Origin: Vitrella brassicaformis CCMP3155
Taxonomy: Eukaryota > Protista > Chromerida
NCBI GenBank assembly: GCA_001179505.1
Contig: CDMY01000568.1
Coordinates: 1-50,515 of the forward strand
DNA: 50,515 nt
Direction: 5' to 3'
Under the pieces are notes generated by a model. It was not told the origin of the DNA, ran no database searches, and saw nothing but the letters and a program-made list of their open reading frames with translations. The translations under genes were made by a program, and so were the position numbers. Shown here piece after piece: positions 10,494-22,447 of this stretch. Within the stretch, counting starts at the first letter, position 1. Every line of letters starts with the position of its first letter.

Positions 10494-12912
10494 ATGGATG
10501 CCTACCAAAGCAATGCCGGACCAGAATTGGAGGCGAATGGCCTGTCATTCAGCGAATTCATCCGTCAGCCGAGAGACGCACAAAAGAGACGAATGAACGA
10601 TGACCAACGTTCACATATCTTCGCATGCCTCACCTTAAAGACGGCAGCTATCGCTTCATCACTGGCCGCAGAAGCATCGCTGCCACATGCCATGGCATAT
10701 TGCCACATATTATCTCGACCCTCTCCTACGGAAAGCAATTTGGGGGAGGGTGGTCGTCTGCAGGATGCGGTCAGATGTGATTCATTACCGTTGTATGCGG
10801 CCTTTTTGTTTGTTTGTCCCCTTTTTTCTTTTCGCGGGAGCTGCGAGCTCAGAGCGCGATCGGAGGAGGCAGACGCGGCGAAGGCAGAATGCATGCTCTG
10901 CACAGCACCGGCAGCTTCTAGAGGCCGTGCAGAAGAGAAGTCAGCCTGGTTACGTCCAAATGAGCCGCCGCATCGTGTCACTCGGCCCGCACAGGTCGCC
11001 GCATCACGTTGACGATGACCAGTGGGACGAGGACTCATGCAACGATGGCGCCAGCCACATGTCGGAGTCCACCGAGCAGCAGCACGAAACGAAATGTATC
11101 GAAGGGATGCATCTGCTCATTCCGGGGATGAATGGTGGTCCTTGTGGATGGGTTGATGCAGGCGAGTTATCCATAGTGGAGGCCGTTGAGGCCGGAGCCT
11201 TCCGCTCGCCCAACAGCCAGAAACACCGCCCTCTCAACACCACGGAGGCCGACTGCCGCCAATCGTTCATCGCCCGGATGGGTTCGAGGCTGGGGTGGAC
11301 GCGCGCGAGCGAGGCAACGTTTGAGCAGACGGGCCCTCAGCAGGTGATGGTGTGCGTGCCGGCTGGCATCACCCTCATCGTCACACAAGGAGATGATGGG
11401 GGGTGGGGTTGGCCGGTGTCCGATGTGCGCATCCGGGACGAGTGCCACCACTGGGACGGGAGAAGGTCCAAGAAGATGAAGAGTACGACCTTCACTAAGG
11501 CGGGGCTGCGGGAGATGCGGGACAAGCAGATGGAGGTTGAGCTGTGGAAACAGGCCCAGAAGCAAGGTGGCTGGCTGGGTGGCGGATGTATATGCACTGT
11601 GGCACTCATTGCGTGTGCGGATGTGTGGGGCGGGCATGCAGGCGTGCCGTATCGTGGGCGTCGTCGGTCGGCCAGGGTCGCCACGGCTGTGATCCGCAAG
11701 TCGCGTAAGCAAGCCAGAAACGTGCAATGCAGATGTGTCGGGTCGTTCCTTCTGCCGGTCAGTGTCAGACTCGGTGGAAGAGGAGGAGAACATCGTGATG
11801 AGCGACGAACACGACACAGAGTACCCCCCGCCAAGAAAGCGCACCAGCAAGGGTACGGTGACCCACACGCACGGGCGCACCACACACATACATGCACACA
11901 GGTGAATCCCTCCTCTCTCCGCCCACACAGGACGTGGCAGAAGCGTGGCCGCTCATGGCCACAAGCGTGCCCGTGCGGCCGCCCGCTCCCCTAGCAGGTC
12001 TCGCATCAAGGTCACGAAGCCGCCCGCCAGCACAGTGGCGAAGAAGTCTGGGGGCTTCACTGATGGTCAGAATAACACACAGACATCCACACACATGAAA
12101 GAATGGATGGATGGATGGATGTCGTTCAGGTTTGGTTGGTCAGAGTTGGGTTGTCAGCGGCAAGGAGGGGCTGAATCGCTCGCAGATGATGGGCAGAGGT
12201 AACTAAGTGACCTTGTATCTGACAGGCCCGTGGGTGCATTAAGAGAGCTCTATGTGTGATGTCTGTCAGTTGGTGGACTCACATTTGGAGAGGCTGCCGG
12301 TGTATCGACTTCGTCGCACCACCAGCAGCCGCATCCCGGTAGAGAAGGAAGAGTACTGACGCACACACGCACGCCAGAGAGGACAGAGTAGCGTCTGTCG
12401 ATCGGTTGGTCGGGTCGGGTGTGTGTCTGCAGGCATGATGGGCTACGACGGCAAGATCGACCTCACCCACTGCTCGCCATCGGCTGGACGTAACACACGC
12501 CTACATCAAACAGGCACACAGCATTCATTCGCGTGCTCTCTGGCCTGCAGGTGACGGCTTTGGTGTGGCGGCCCCGCCGCCGGTCCCGGTGCCATTCAAC
12601 CTTCCCCAGCTGATCCAGATGCAGCCATCCACAAGCGGTGCGTATCGGCGGCTGACCAACACACAGACACACACACACACGCATTCCATTGCGCGTCTGT
12701 CAGGCGCTCCGCCGCTCATTTCGGCCTCGAGACCTGTGGCTGATGACGACCACCACCCACAGCAGCAGAATGGCGTGTCAAGCTCTAAGAGTGACGGCCA
12801 GGTGTCGACTGATGGCGATGAGCAGCGGTCGGCCACACCGCCCGTGTCGCCATCTGACGACGGCATGGCCAAGGGGCAGGTTGAGGGTGGGGGAGTCGGG
12901 AATGTGCAATAG
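10494..12912 (+). CDS. Hypothetical multi-exon protein; start and 5' exons uncertain
   Basis: Coding-like segments bounded by AG/GT at about 10994-11095, 11163-11560, 11931-12065, 12551-12636 and 12704-12912 (e.g. GELSIVEAVEAGAFRSP..., KRARAAARSPSRSRIKVTKPP). No family recognised. Confidence 0.4.
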
Positions 12913-13267
12913 GTGATCCGTTGTGCGGTGGATAGCATAGCTGACGATAGATGGGCGACTAACTGCGTTCACTCCAATGGACTGTGTTTTGGGGCGCTTG
13001 TGTGTGTGTGAGTGCGTGTGGGTGGGGGGGTGGGGGGGGACGCATCAATCGATTGAATGGCAAATGGCCGACACAGTCCCTCTCTGGTGTCCACACGCGG
13101 ATGCATTAGCTAGCAGCAAAGAGACAAAGTTTTCTGTCTCCGTACGTCCCAAAATTGGAAGCTAACGCTTTGTAACAGACAACAGACATCTGACACAATA
13201 CCACACAAGTCCACGTTCATCTTTCTTAGCCTTTAATTCACACCGGGCACACCCACAAGGATCGACT

Positions 13268-16200
13268 CTATAGATATGTATATAGGGAGGCTGACGCAGC
13301 CGTAAACAGCACCGCCAACGGAACTGCGTGCGTGAACGCCGTTGCGTTCTCAGGGGGAGCCTCTGTACTGCTGCCGTCATAATCCATGAACTCCTGCATA
13401 ATCACAAAACACACGGGCGTCGTTCGTGTGTGTGTGTGTGTGTGAAATAGCCTACACACGGGCCCAACTCGCAGTCCGCCCTTCCGACTCTGCTCCTAAA
13501 ATGACTCCATCTGCATGGGGACACAGAAGGACACGCCCGATACTCTGCCTTCCATGAGTCATGACTCACACGGGCAAACAGTGCAGGTCCTGGAGCCGCT
13601 CGTATTCGTATACGTCCCCATGGGACAAGGCTCACAAAACGTCTGCTGTATTTCGTCTTGATAGGTGCCTGGTTCACACGGAATGCACTTCTCTTGACCT
13701 AAAGCCGCACAAAAAGAGACAAAAAGGCCCAAATACACTGTCGAGAGCACATGGATAAGTCTCACCTTCCTCAGACTGAAAAGACCCTTGTGGACAGGGC
13801 TGGCACGCCCAATCAGCATCCGCGAACTGCCCTGCGGGACACCGCGATGGAAGAGACCTGCAGAGTAAGATGAAATGAATGGGAACAGTCACGCGTTAGG
13901 CGTCCATTGTGCAATTGCATATGGATCACCTGGGCACATCCGTAGTATTACCGGCAAATCGCCAGTTCTCATACCATGTCATCTCTGAAGCCTTCCACGA
14001 ATACGACGCAGCTGCAGTCAGGCAATACAGACTTGCTTGCCTTGCCTGACTAGCCATTGCCCCACGATGTCTGCTGTGACATAGTTGTGTACCTTCTGTT
14101 ATGAAGGGATTACCCCCTTGTGCTGTTATAAAGGGATTCTCTCCTTGTTTCTTGTTATCATTACGATCTTCGTCAATTCGATAGAACAGGGTTATTGAAG
14201 GGGACTCGAGACGGTTGCCAGTGGTCGGATCAAAGCTGACGGTGCCACCGATGCCTGAGACACATCGATATATATACATTCAAGAAAGACACCGAATGGG
14301 CAGAACTGCATCCACACCAGGAACTGGCTCCATGGTCTCGATCTCATGCTTCAAAAGGTCGCCACGGATATCTGCCATGGCCGTGCCATTATTGAGCAGT
14401 CTGTTTGTGGCGACTAAGATCGCCATCATGCCATCGAAGGCACGGCCACCCTGATGAACAACAGAATATATCGACTACACATGCGCCGCAGCCAGTTCTT
14501 GTTTGGGCCTCCATGTCTGAGTGTGCCAATGATGTAATCTGCTACCTCTCCAAAAAGCACCTGTATGACACAGGACACTCAGGGGACCGTAGGGAGGGGG
14601 GAAAGGCATGTATGTGTGTATGTGGATCTAACCGGATCGGGCTCTGGAATCCCGTTTGGAGGCTTGCCGGTGAAGATATCGGTGTCACTGTAGCTGGGGT
14701 TAATCAACCAACGATGTACATAATTCTCCGCAAGACCGCCATGGTAGAAAACACCTGAACAACGCCCACCGCTCTGTCTCGCCGCCACCAACTTTTGCTC
14801 TTTCTGGACCATCCGTGCAGCTGCTCTCGCTCGTGACAGTGCGATCACATGCTCCTCCTTGTTCGCAGCCGCCTGAGCGCAACCAGGGATACCCATAGCA
14901 GCAAGGAAAATAACAAAGACAGAAGTCTGCGATCACCACACGGGCATTCATACGCTTTTTCACATCTAATCTGCTGCCCAACAAAGTCTCATCTTACCAT
15001 AGAGGTAGCAATGCATTTGATCAGGGAAATCCGCTGGGCTCAGAGTGCTCCAGAACTGTACAAACCTGAAAAGCAGGCCATCGGCCAAGACATCGATATA
15101 TGCGCACATACATGTGCAAACTCAATGCCTCACTCTGGGTATTTCTCTCTGTCGCGCACGTCGGGGAATTCCAGCATGCCGCCGGCGAATTGACTGATAA
15201 CGGATTGATCCCAAAACGCAGGGAACTCAGCGGGACCCCAATCGGGATTGGTGGGAATACCAACAAACCTTCAGCTCAGCGCAAAAATCCCATACGTTGA
15301 CATCCATACAGTTTGATGTATTTTCACGCGTTTCCTCGCTGACCGACCCTTCGATGCTATGAAAGATGTCCAGGGCCATGAATCGCCAGAAATAAGCCTC
15401 TCCTACGAGTCCCTTTTCGATGATCAGCGGCAAAAAGACCGAAAAGCCTTTCTGCATACAATGCAAGACAACGTATACTGTGGCACATATACACATGTGT
15501 TTGTGCTTATACGCTCAGATAGAGGACGAAGATTCGACTATTCAATTCTTCGAGGGAGCGGTCGATTTGGCTGCTCCTGATGGCGCAACAAGCGCGTACA
15601 CACAGAGACGGCAGGAGAGAGAGAGAGAGAGATGGCGAGGTAGGGAGGAAGGAGGGAAGGAAGAAAGGAAGAAAGGAAACTGGCATTGTCAACGGAATGC
15701 TGACGTGAGCGGGAGCACGGCTGTGTCGTACCATCGCTCTTTGGTGGCTTGCACAGCTTTCAGAAAAACATTTCTCGAGTCGAACTCTGATTCGCTGGGG
15801 AATACAGACAGGGGCTCACCGCGAAGCTACACAAAGAGCAAATGCACAGACAGCCAAAGCACATGCTGGGCGCTGCCGCTACGCGCAGAGACATCATCTC
15901 CTTCCTTCAACTACCACGCTCACACTGACCGTGGATCCGTCGATGTTCTTAGTGCAGGCTTCAAGACGATTGAACCAAGAGCGCCCTGCCGAGAACAAAG
16001 TCACAGCATGCGCGCTTGCCTGTCTGCCTATATGTCTGCCTCTCCTGCTTACCGAGGGTGTCGTCAGCGTAAAAGAAAGTGATTCGTTTGAAGTCGAATT
16101 TGTCGATAATGCTCACCTCCGGCCCGCATGCCTGACTAGTCTGTAGCGTCCTACATATGCAACCAGATGCGCTCATATTGGTCGACACTCATTCAATTGT

Positions 16201-16983
16201 ACTCATCTGTCTGACTGTCTGCTCATGCTATTGCCACCATTACTCACCTGAAGAGATAGGGGAAGAACTTTCTTTGCTGAAGGTCGGATGAGCCAGAAAG
16301 GTCAGATATTTGGACGGTCTTGTACGCCGCGCCTGACCATATGACCATGCGTGCAGCGAGACGGTATGCTTTGGTTCCTGCCTACCGAGGGACGCGACTG
16401 ATTGAGTAATGAATGAGACGTGATAACATAGAAGCGCATTCAATACACACAACACAACACGGAGGAGACAGATTCACGCGGAGTGCCTGTTATACGCCTG
16501 CACATGGATTCCTTGCTCCTTCGTGTGGCCAAATAAGCTGCGAAGCCCATTTAATCGTCCGAGCCTGAGGCACACAGGAGGAATGTATGAGAATCCGAAA
16601 CACCCAGTGGCATGTCAAGAGTGGGGTAGTCAAGAGTCGTGTACTGGATCTGCAAGCGTGTCGAGTATATCTATGGTTATGTTGAAGTCTCTCTTGTCTG
16701 CTGCTGCTACGGGCATCAAGGTGGGGTATTCCTTGTCCCACACAAGCTTGGCGACCCATGCCTGAATGGGGAATATCCACGCGGCTTGCAAATACCTGCA
16801 TGGCCACCCACGAGCCATCCAACACACAAAGCAGACAACCGCCCGACATGTGTGGGCCGATTCGTGTCCTCACCTAAAGTCTCCGCCATATGCAAGTTCG
16901 AGGGTGCCGTCGACCTGAGCCCCCGAAGGCACGGCACCAAGGGAGAGGAAAAGGACCAACGTCGCCGCCACGTCGATTGACAT
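13268..16983 (-). CDS. Secreted Venus-flytrap (ANF-receptor/class C GPCR-type ligand-binding) protein with Cys-rich GCC2/GCC3-type repeats and a hydrophobic C-terminus
   Basis: Signal peptide MSIDVAATLVLFLSLGAVPSGA. VFT-like motifs FNITIDILDTLADP, VQISDLSGSSDLQQRKFFPYLF and IIDKFDFKRITFFYADDTLG. Cys repeats CPAGQFADADWACQPCPQGSFQ and CIPCEPGTYQDEIQQTFCEPCPMGTYTNTSGSRTC. The last exon ends AVPLAVLFTAASASLYTYL*. Several internal junctions are unresolved. Confidence 0.65.
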
Positions 16984-18008
16984 GAGGGGCCGGCTGTCAG
17001 GGGCTATGGTGGAGCCCCCGGACGCCAAAAAGAGGCCAGACGGCGCGAACGTGTGTGGACGTGCAAGCTTAGCTTGCCACGATCGCAAAAGGGTCTGCCT
17101 GGAGGGGAAGTGAACGGCACGAGTGGTGCATGCAACGACAGCATGAGGCAGTCGCAGTTTCTTTCAATTTCATGTGAAAGACACTGCTTTTTGTTTCTTT
17201 CTGCTGGATGATGGTGTACATTCACCTCACGACGAGAATCACAAGTAGATCGTCCTGCCTGGGATCCAGATCCGGGCCGCCGTTTTTGGCCAGCCGAAGC
17301 AGGAGCCACTGAGAACTTTGACTAGCGAGAGATGACGGATCCGTAAATTTCGTCTTCTCCCATGAGTGAATGTGGCCACTTAGCCATCGGGCGGCGCATC
17401 CATGTGACTTGATGGATGGATGGATGGATGGATGGATGCTTTTTCCCATGCACTGTCCGTTGACGGTTTTCACTTCACGCTCAGTAAGCTGGAAGCGTAC
17501 CAACTCTATCTCCCCCTCTTTGTCTTCATTTAATGTGTGGGTTCATGTGAATAAACCATTCATGTGGGTCTGTCTCGTTCATCGGTCCCTCAAACCCCAA
17601 CCCCAACCCCAACACCAGCAGCGCCACGATGGATGCAAACATACAAAAGGAAATGATGAATATTAAAGGGGCGATCAAAGGCCGCACGCAACGTCGTAAG
17701 GTCGATCAAGACATACACCGTACGGCCGCACACACCATTCATTCATCCTTATCTGTCAGTCGACAGATTCATTTCGCTCAGACAGACCCCCACACTCATC
17801 GCCCGCCACACCGTGTCGATTGTGAGGGACATCGCGGCGGATTACTACGCAGCCAGCGAGCCTCAGAACCAGTGTGCCGCTACCACACTTCGGCAAGAGG
17901 AGGTCCCGCCCCCCGGCTCGGCAAGTCCGCCAAAAAAGGGTTCTCACGCACACTCCCCTCCCTCCCTCCCCTACACGCCTGGTTCTATCGCCCTACGTGG
18001 TCACTTGG

Positions 18009-21000
18009 CTAAGCAGCCGCCTGGCCACCGCCCCCTTGGGCCCCTGCCGGTTGCTGGCCCGAACCCGTCTCGTTATCGCTGTCGTCGTCTATGACTATCG
18101 CTCGTGATGCATCGTCGGCCGGCGGGGGAGCGGCGGGAGCAGCTGCCGGTGGCTGTGGCTGAGCCGCGGCAGCAGCTGCTGGCTGTGGTGCCTGTGGCTG
18201 GCTGGCCGCGTCTGCGTCTTCTGCTTCTAGGTCGATCAAAGGGATGGGGCCGCCGACAGCCGGGGCGCTGGGGGGTCCTTGATTCTGCGCTTGTGCAGCT
18301 GCACCACCACCAGTCGCCCTCGCGCCTCCCTGATGGTTTGCCGATCCATGCCCAGCCGCAGCAGCAGCTGCTCCCGCAGCTGGGCATTGGTCGTCTCCTG
18401 CTTGGAAGGAGTTGCGTGGTCGCATGTGTCCGGTGATGCGGCACTCGCTGTCGCCCTCCTGCGGAGCCCGGATGTAGCGAAGCGTGCCGTCGTAGGCGAT
18501 CACATTGCCGCTCACTGACACGCCCCCCACCAAGTCGATGGCGTCCAGATGGCCCAGCCGACGGTCGTGCGCATCGTTGGCACCTACACACAGGCATGCA
18601 TCACAGACAGACACAGGTACATGGCTGGCTGCCTCTGTCGTCCCTCCCGTCTTGTCCATGAATGGGTGTGTGGTCGCTCACCGAGGTCGCATGAGACCCT
18701 CAGGTCGATCGGGGCAGGCGGCTCCACAGACACCAAACCACCTCCCCGGCCACGTCCCCTTCCTCCCCCCCTGCCCCTGATTCGGGGGCCTCGAACCACC
18801 ACTGATGGCCCCTGCACGCGATATGGCGCCGGGGGGGTGGACGAGGGAGACTCCGGCTCTCCCTGGCCGTTCTGCTGCTGCTGCTGCTGCTGTTGCTGCT
18901 GCTGTGGCATCGGGGTTTGGGGTAGCGGCGGTGGGGCTGGCGCGTTCGGCGCATTGTTGTTGTCGGGCGTCGGAGGTGGCTGTGGAGGCGAGTAGGCCTC
19001 GTCTGTGACTGGGGGTGTGTGAGCTGGCGACTCCTGTCGCCCTTGCTGCCCGTCTGTGTCGACCTGCATCGGTGTTGCCGGCTCAGGTGCCCCTCCATCT
19101 GCACCTTGTCGTGGCTGCATCTCTGCGTCATTGCCACGGGGAGGGGAGTTGCCGTCACCTGACCACACACACCACACCACACCACACACCAAGCGTCACT
19201 CACATCATGACATGACGTTGGCTGTGATTCATGTGTGGGCGTGGCATGGCATTCACGTACCTACCGGGTGGATGTGGCGGCGGGCCAGGGCCCGCAGGAG
19301 GCCCGTGCGGCCCCAGATACCCCGGGTACCCATAGCCGTAGGGATAGCCATAGGGTGGCGGGTAGCCGTATGGTGGAGGGGCGTGCGGGTATCCGTATGG
19401 GCTGTTGCCGGGTGGTGGGGGCGGCATGTATGGAGGTGGGTGGGGGTAGAGGACATACGGTGGGGGAGGGTGGGGGAAGGGGTGGGGGTATGGTGGAGGC
19501 CAAGACGGGGGCATGGCCGCAGCGGCAGCAGCGGCAGCCGGCTCGTCACGCTTTCTCTCCTCCTCCTTCTCGACGTCGCTCATCTCGTCGCCCCCCTCCG
19601 TCTTGCGCCGCTTCTCCCTTTCCTCCCTCTCGTCGTCTTGCTTGGACGGCTGAGACCTCTTCGGTGGTCGGTCGTCAACGTCGACAAGCCCACCTGAGCT
19701 GGGGGGAAGAGACGGCAGCCCCGCTGCAGCAGCAGCCGCGGCTGCCGCGGCAGCTTCTGGTTCGGCAACCCCAGCTGCCGGGGCGAACGTGCGATCGTGG
19801 TGCTCGGTGCCGATGGTGCCGCGACAGTTCTCCTCGCCGCAATCTGATGATGATGGATGGACGAGATGAAGGGAGACACAAGTCATGTGTGTGTGTGGTT
19901 CTGATTGCGTGTGTTTGGTGCAGTGCATTGGGTGTGTGCTGTGCTGTGCTGTGCCCTTACAGCAGGGGATGTCCGAGTACGCCAGGCCATAATCTGATTA
20001 TCGCCATGCACGACGAACAAACACACCAAGCCATGTGATGGCGGAGAAGGCTCTCTCTCTCTGTGTGTGTGTGTGTGTGTGTGTGGCGGGTACCTACCGA
20101 TCGTGATAGGGTCTCCGTGTGCGACCTCACGGATGGTCTGGAGGACGAGCGGCGCGTGGCCCTCGGTGCCGCGCCACAGCACCGACACCTGGCAGTTGGG
20201 CCGGCACGAATGGTTGACGAAACGCGACACGTTGCCGAACCACTGCACACACACACACACACACAGCCACAGTGGCAAGGGACAGAAAGCAATCACGTGA
20301 GCGAGACGATGGACAATGGACAATGCACAATAGCTGGTCGTCTCCCTGACTAACCTCACCGTGGCATCGATGTGTGGGTGGTCATCGGGAGAGTCCTCCT
20401 CTCTCCCACGCCTCAGCGGGCATCCTTGCTGCTGCTGCTGTGCGTTGTCATCGTCGTTGCCACCGTTGGCATGGTCGATGTCGTCATCGTCGTCGTCTCT
20501 CTCCCAGTACTCCATGATGTAGTTGTGCACGTCGCCGTGGCGCTTGGCCACCTCAGACCGCACATTGTTCTCGATGAGATTGATGCGCTCGCCGGCGTAA
20601 CACATCACCACACCGTGGGGCGGGATGGGCGGCACCGACTGATGACACACACACACACACAGAGGGAGAGGAGGAGGGGGAGGTGTGCATGTGACAAGTG
20701 TGTGTGTGTGTCGGGATGTCTGTGTGTGTGTGTGTGTGTGTGTGGTTGGGTGCTTACGAGCGAGTAGCACTCGAAGCCTCGCTCGTCCGTCCACCGCACA
20801 CCCATGGGATACCGCACACCATCCCTTGGAAACGTCCTAATCCGCCCACACACAAAACACACACAAACCGCTCACACAGAGTGACCACCATACCCACACC
20901 CACAGAGCGACTCCCCGTCCTGACCGACCTGTTAGTGCAGGTGCTGGCCAGGCAGCCGCACCGCTCCCCGCAGCAGTCGCCAGGGAAGGCGTGCTCGTCA

Positions 21001-22413
21001 CCGTCATAGCTGCCGAGGCAGTACCGCACCCCGTCCTTCTCCACTGCCCAGCACCGCACCACCTCCTTGTGCTTGATGCAGCCCGCGATCAGACGCCACC
21101 CGTTGTGCACCCTCATGTGGAGGTCAGAGGCGTCGTTGGCCATCCACCCGTCCACCGACGCGTCGATGTCGCTGCTGGCGCGGTGGTTGGCGAAAGCTGC
21201 TGGGGTGGCGAGCAGGGGCGTCTTGCTGCTGTCGAAATCCCGTGGGCGGCCCTGAGAGAGAGACAGGGAGAGACAGACAGAGAGAGAGAGAGAGAGAGGG
21301 CACGTGTGTGTGCCTGTGTTTGGTAGCAGGGTCAGCTTGCCATGGTTTGGATGATGCGGTAGTACTGTGCGATGACTCTGTTGATGTCGCCGCCTGGCGT
21401 GACGCCTCGCGCGTTGGGCGGCGGGTCGTTCTGGTGGTAGGTGTCCCTGATGTACTTGATGCGCAGCTGCAGGAGCGTCCGGGCGGCGTCGCGACCCTCC
21501 TCGGGGGCACACCCGCTGCAGATGCCTCGCAAATGGTCTGATCCGAGGGCGACAGAGAGGAGATGGATGGATCGGCGTGTTGGTGTGGTTTGTGTGTGCT
21601 GCGCACCGTTGTCGGTCATGCTCCAGGCCACCATGTGTTTGACGTAGCAGAAGTTGTAGGGCGAGTGGCGCATCGACCCACCACTGCCAGCAGCACCAGC
21701 CCCCATGTCAACTGACAACAAGAGCACCGACCGACACAAACAAACATGCATTCAGGCGTCTGGCGGCCTTCTCCTGTCGTGTGTGAATGTGCGGACTGAC
21801 CAGGGACGGGGAACGGCTCTTTGCCGCCCGACAGGTCTTTGGACGGATCAAACTCCCCCGCACGGTAAGGCGGGTCCAGCACGATACTCAACGTCACCCT
21901 GCACCACACCACACACCACACACAAACCACGCCACTGACAATCCCGCCACGCCATCGCTCTCTCTGCTTGGCGTACGTCCTCGGCTGCATGTCGCCGTTG
22001 CTGCCACCATTGTCGTTTCTAGCAGCAGCCGCCGCCCGTGGTGAGCTCTTGTTGCGGCCGTTGCCCCGGCGTCCCCTGGGCGGCCTGCCGCGGCCACGAT
22101 GGGTGCCGCTGTGGGGAGAGAAGGGGTCCGTGTGACGCGAGGGGGCGACGAAACGGAAGAACGGCATCGACAGGAAGTTGCGGGGAATCGACAGCAGCTG
22201 AGGGAGGGAGAATGGGACAGAGCAAGTAGGTTGTTGATCAAGGGGGGATGGTACTGCCTGCCTGCTGGTGTAGCTGTGCACACCACACCCACCCACCCAC
22301 CCACCTCTGTGCTTCCCGCGTTGTCGATCCGCAGCTGAAATGGCAGGAACTCGGGCGTGCCCTCATCAGACGACCAGGCCACGTTCTCCGCCACACACAA
22401 CTAAACACATCCA

Positions 22414-22447
<34 letters not shown>

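Larger units (their letters stand above)
2770..10552. repeat. Large inverted duplication: arms about 2770-6206 and 7006-10552, with an ~800 bp microsatellite-rich spacer
   Basis: Reverse-complement similarity covers exons and introns, from GAATGACAGGCCATTCGCCTCCA at the outer edges to the terminal DEIEVL codons at the inner edges. Confidence 0.9.

Noticed and set aside
2770-10552. Inverted repeat as terminal inverted repeats of a transposon or foldback element
   Set aside because: The arms are intron-containing host-type genes. No transposase, short TIR or target-site duplication was seen.
17629-18107. Short + strand ORFs between the flytrap gene and SRA-SET gene E
   Set aside because: No recognisable domain, no convincing splice path, and partial antisense overlap with the end of gene E.
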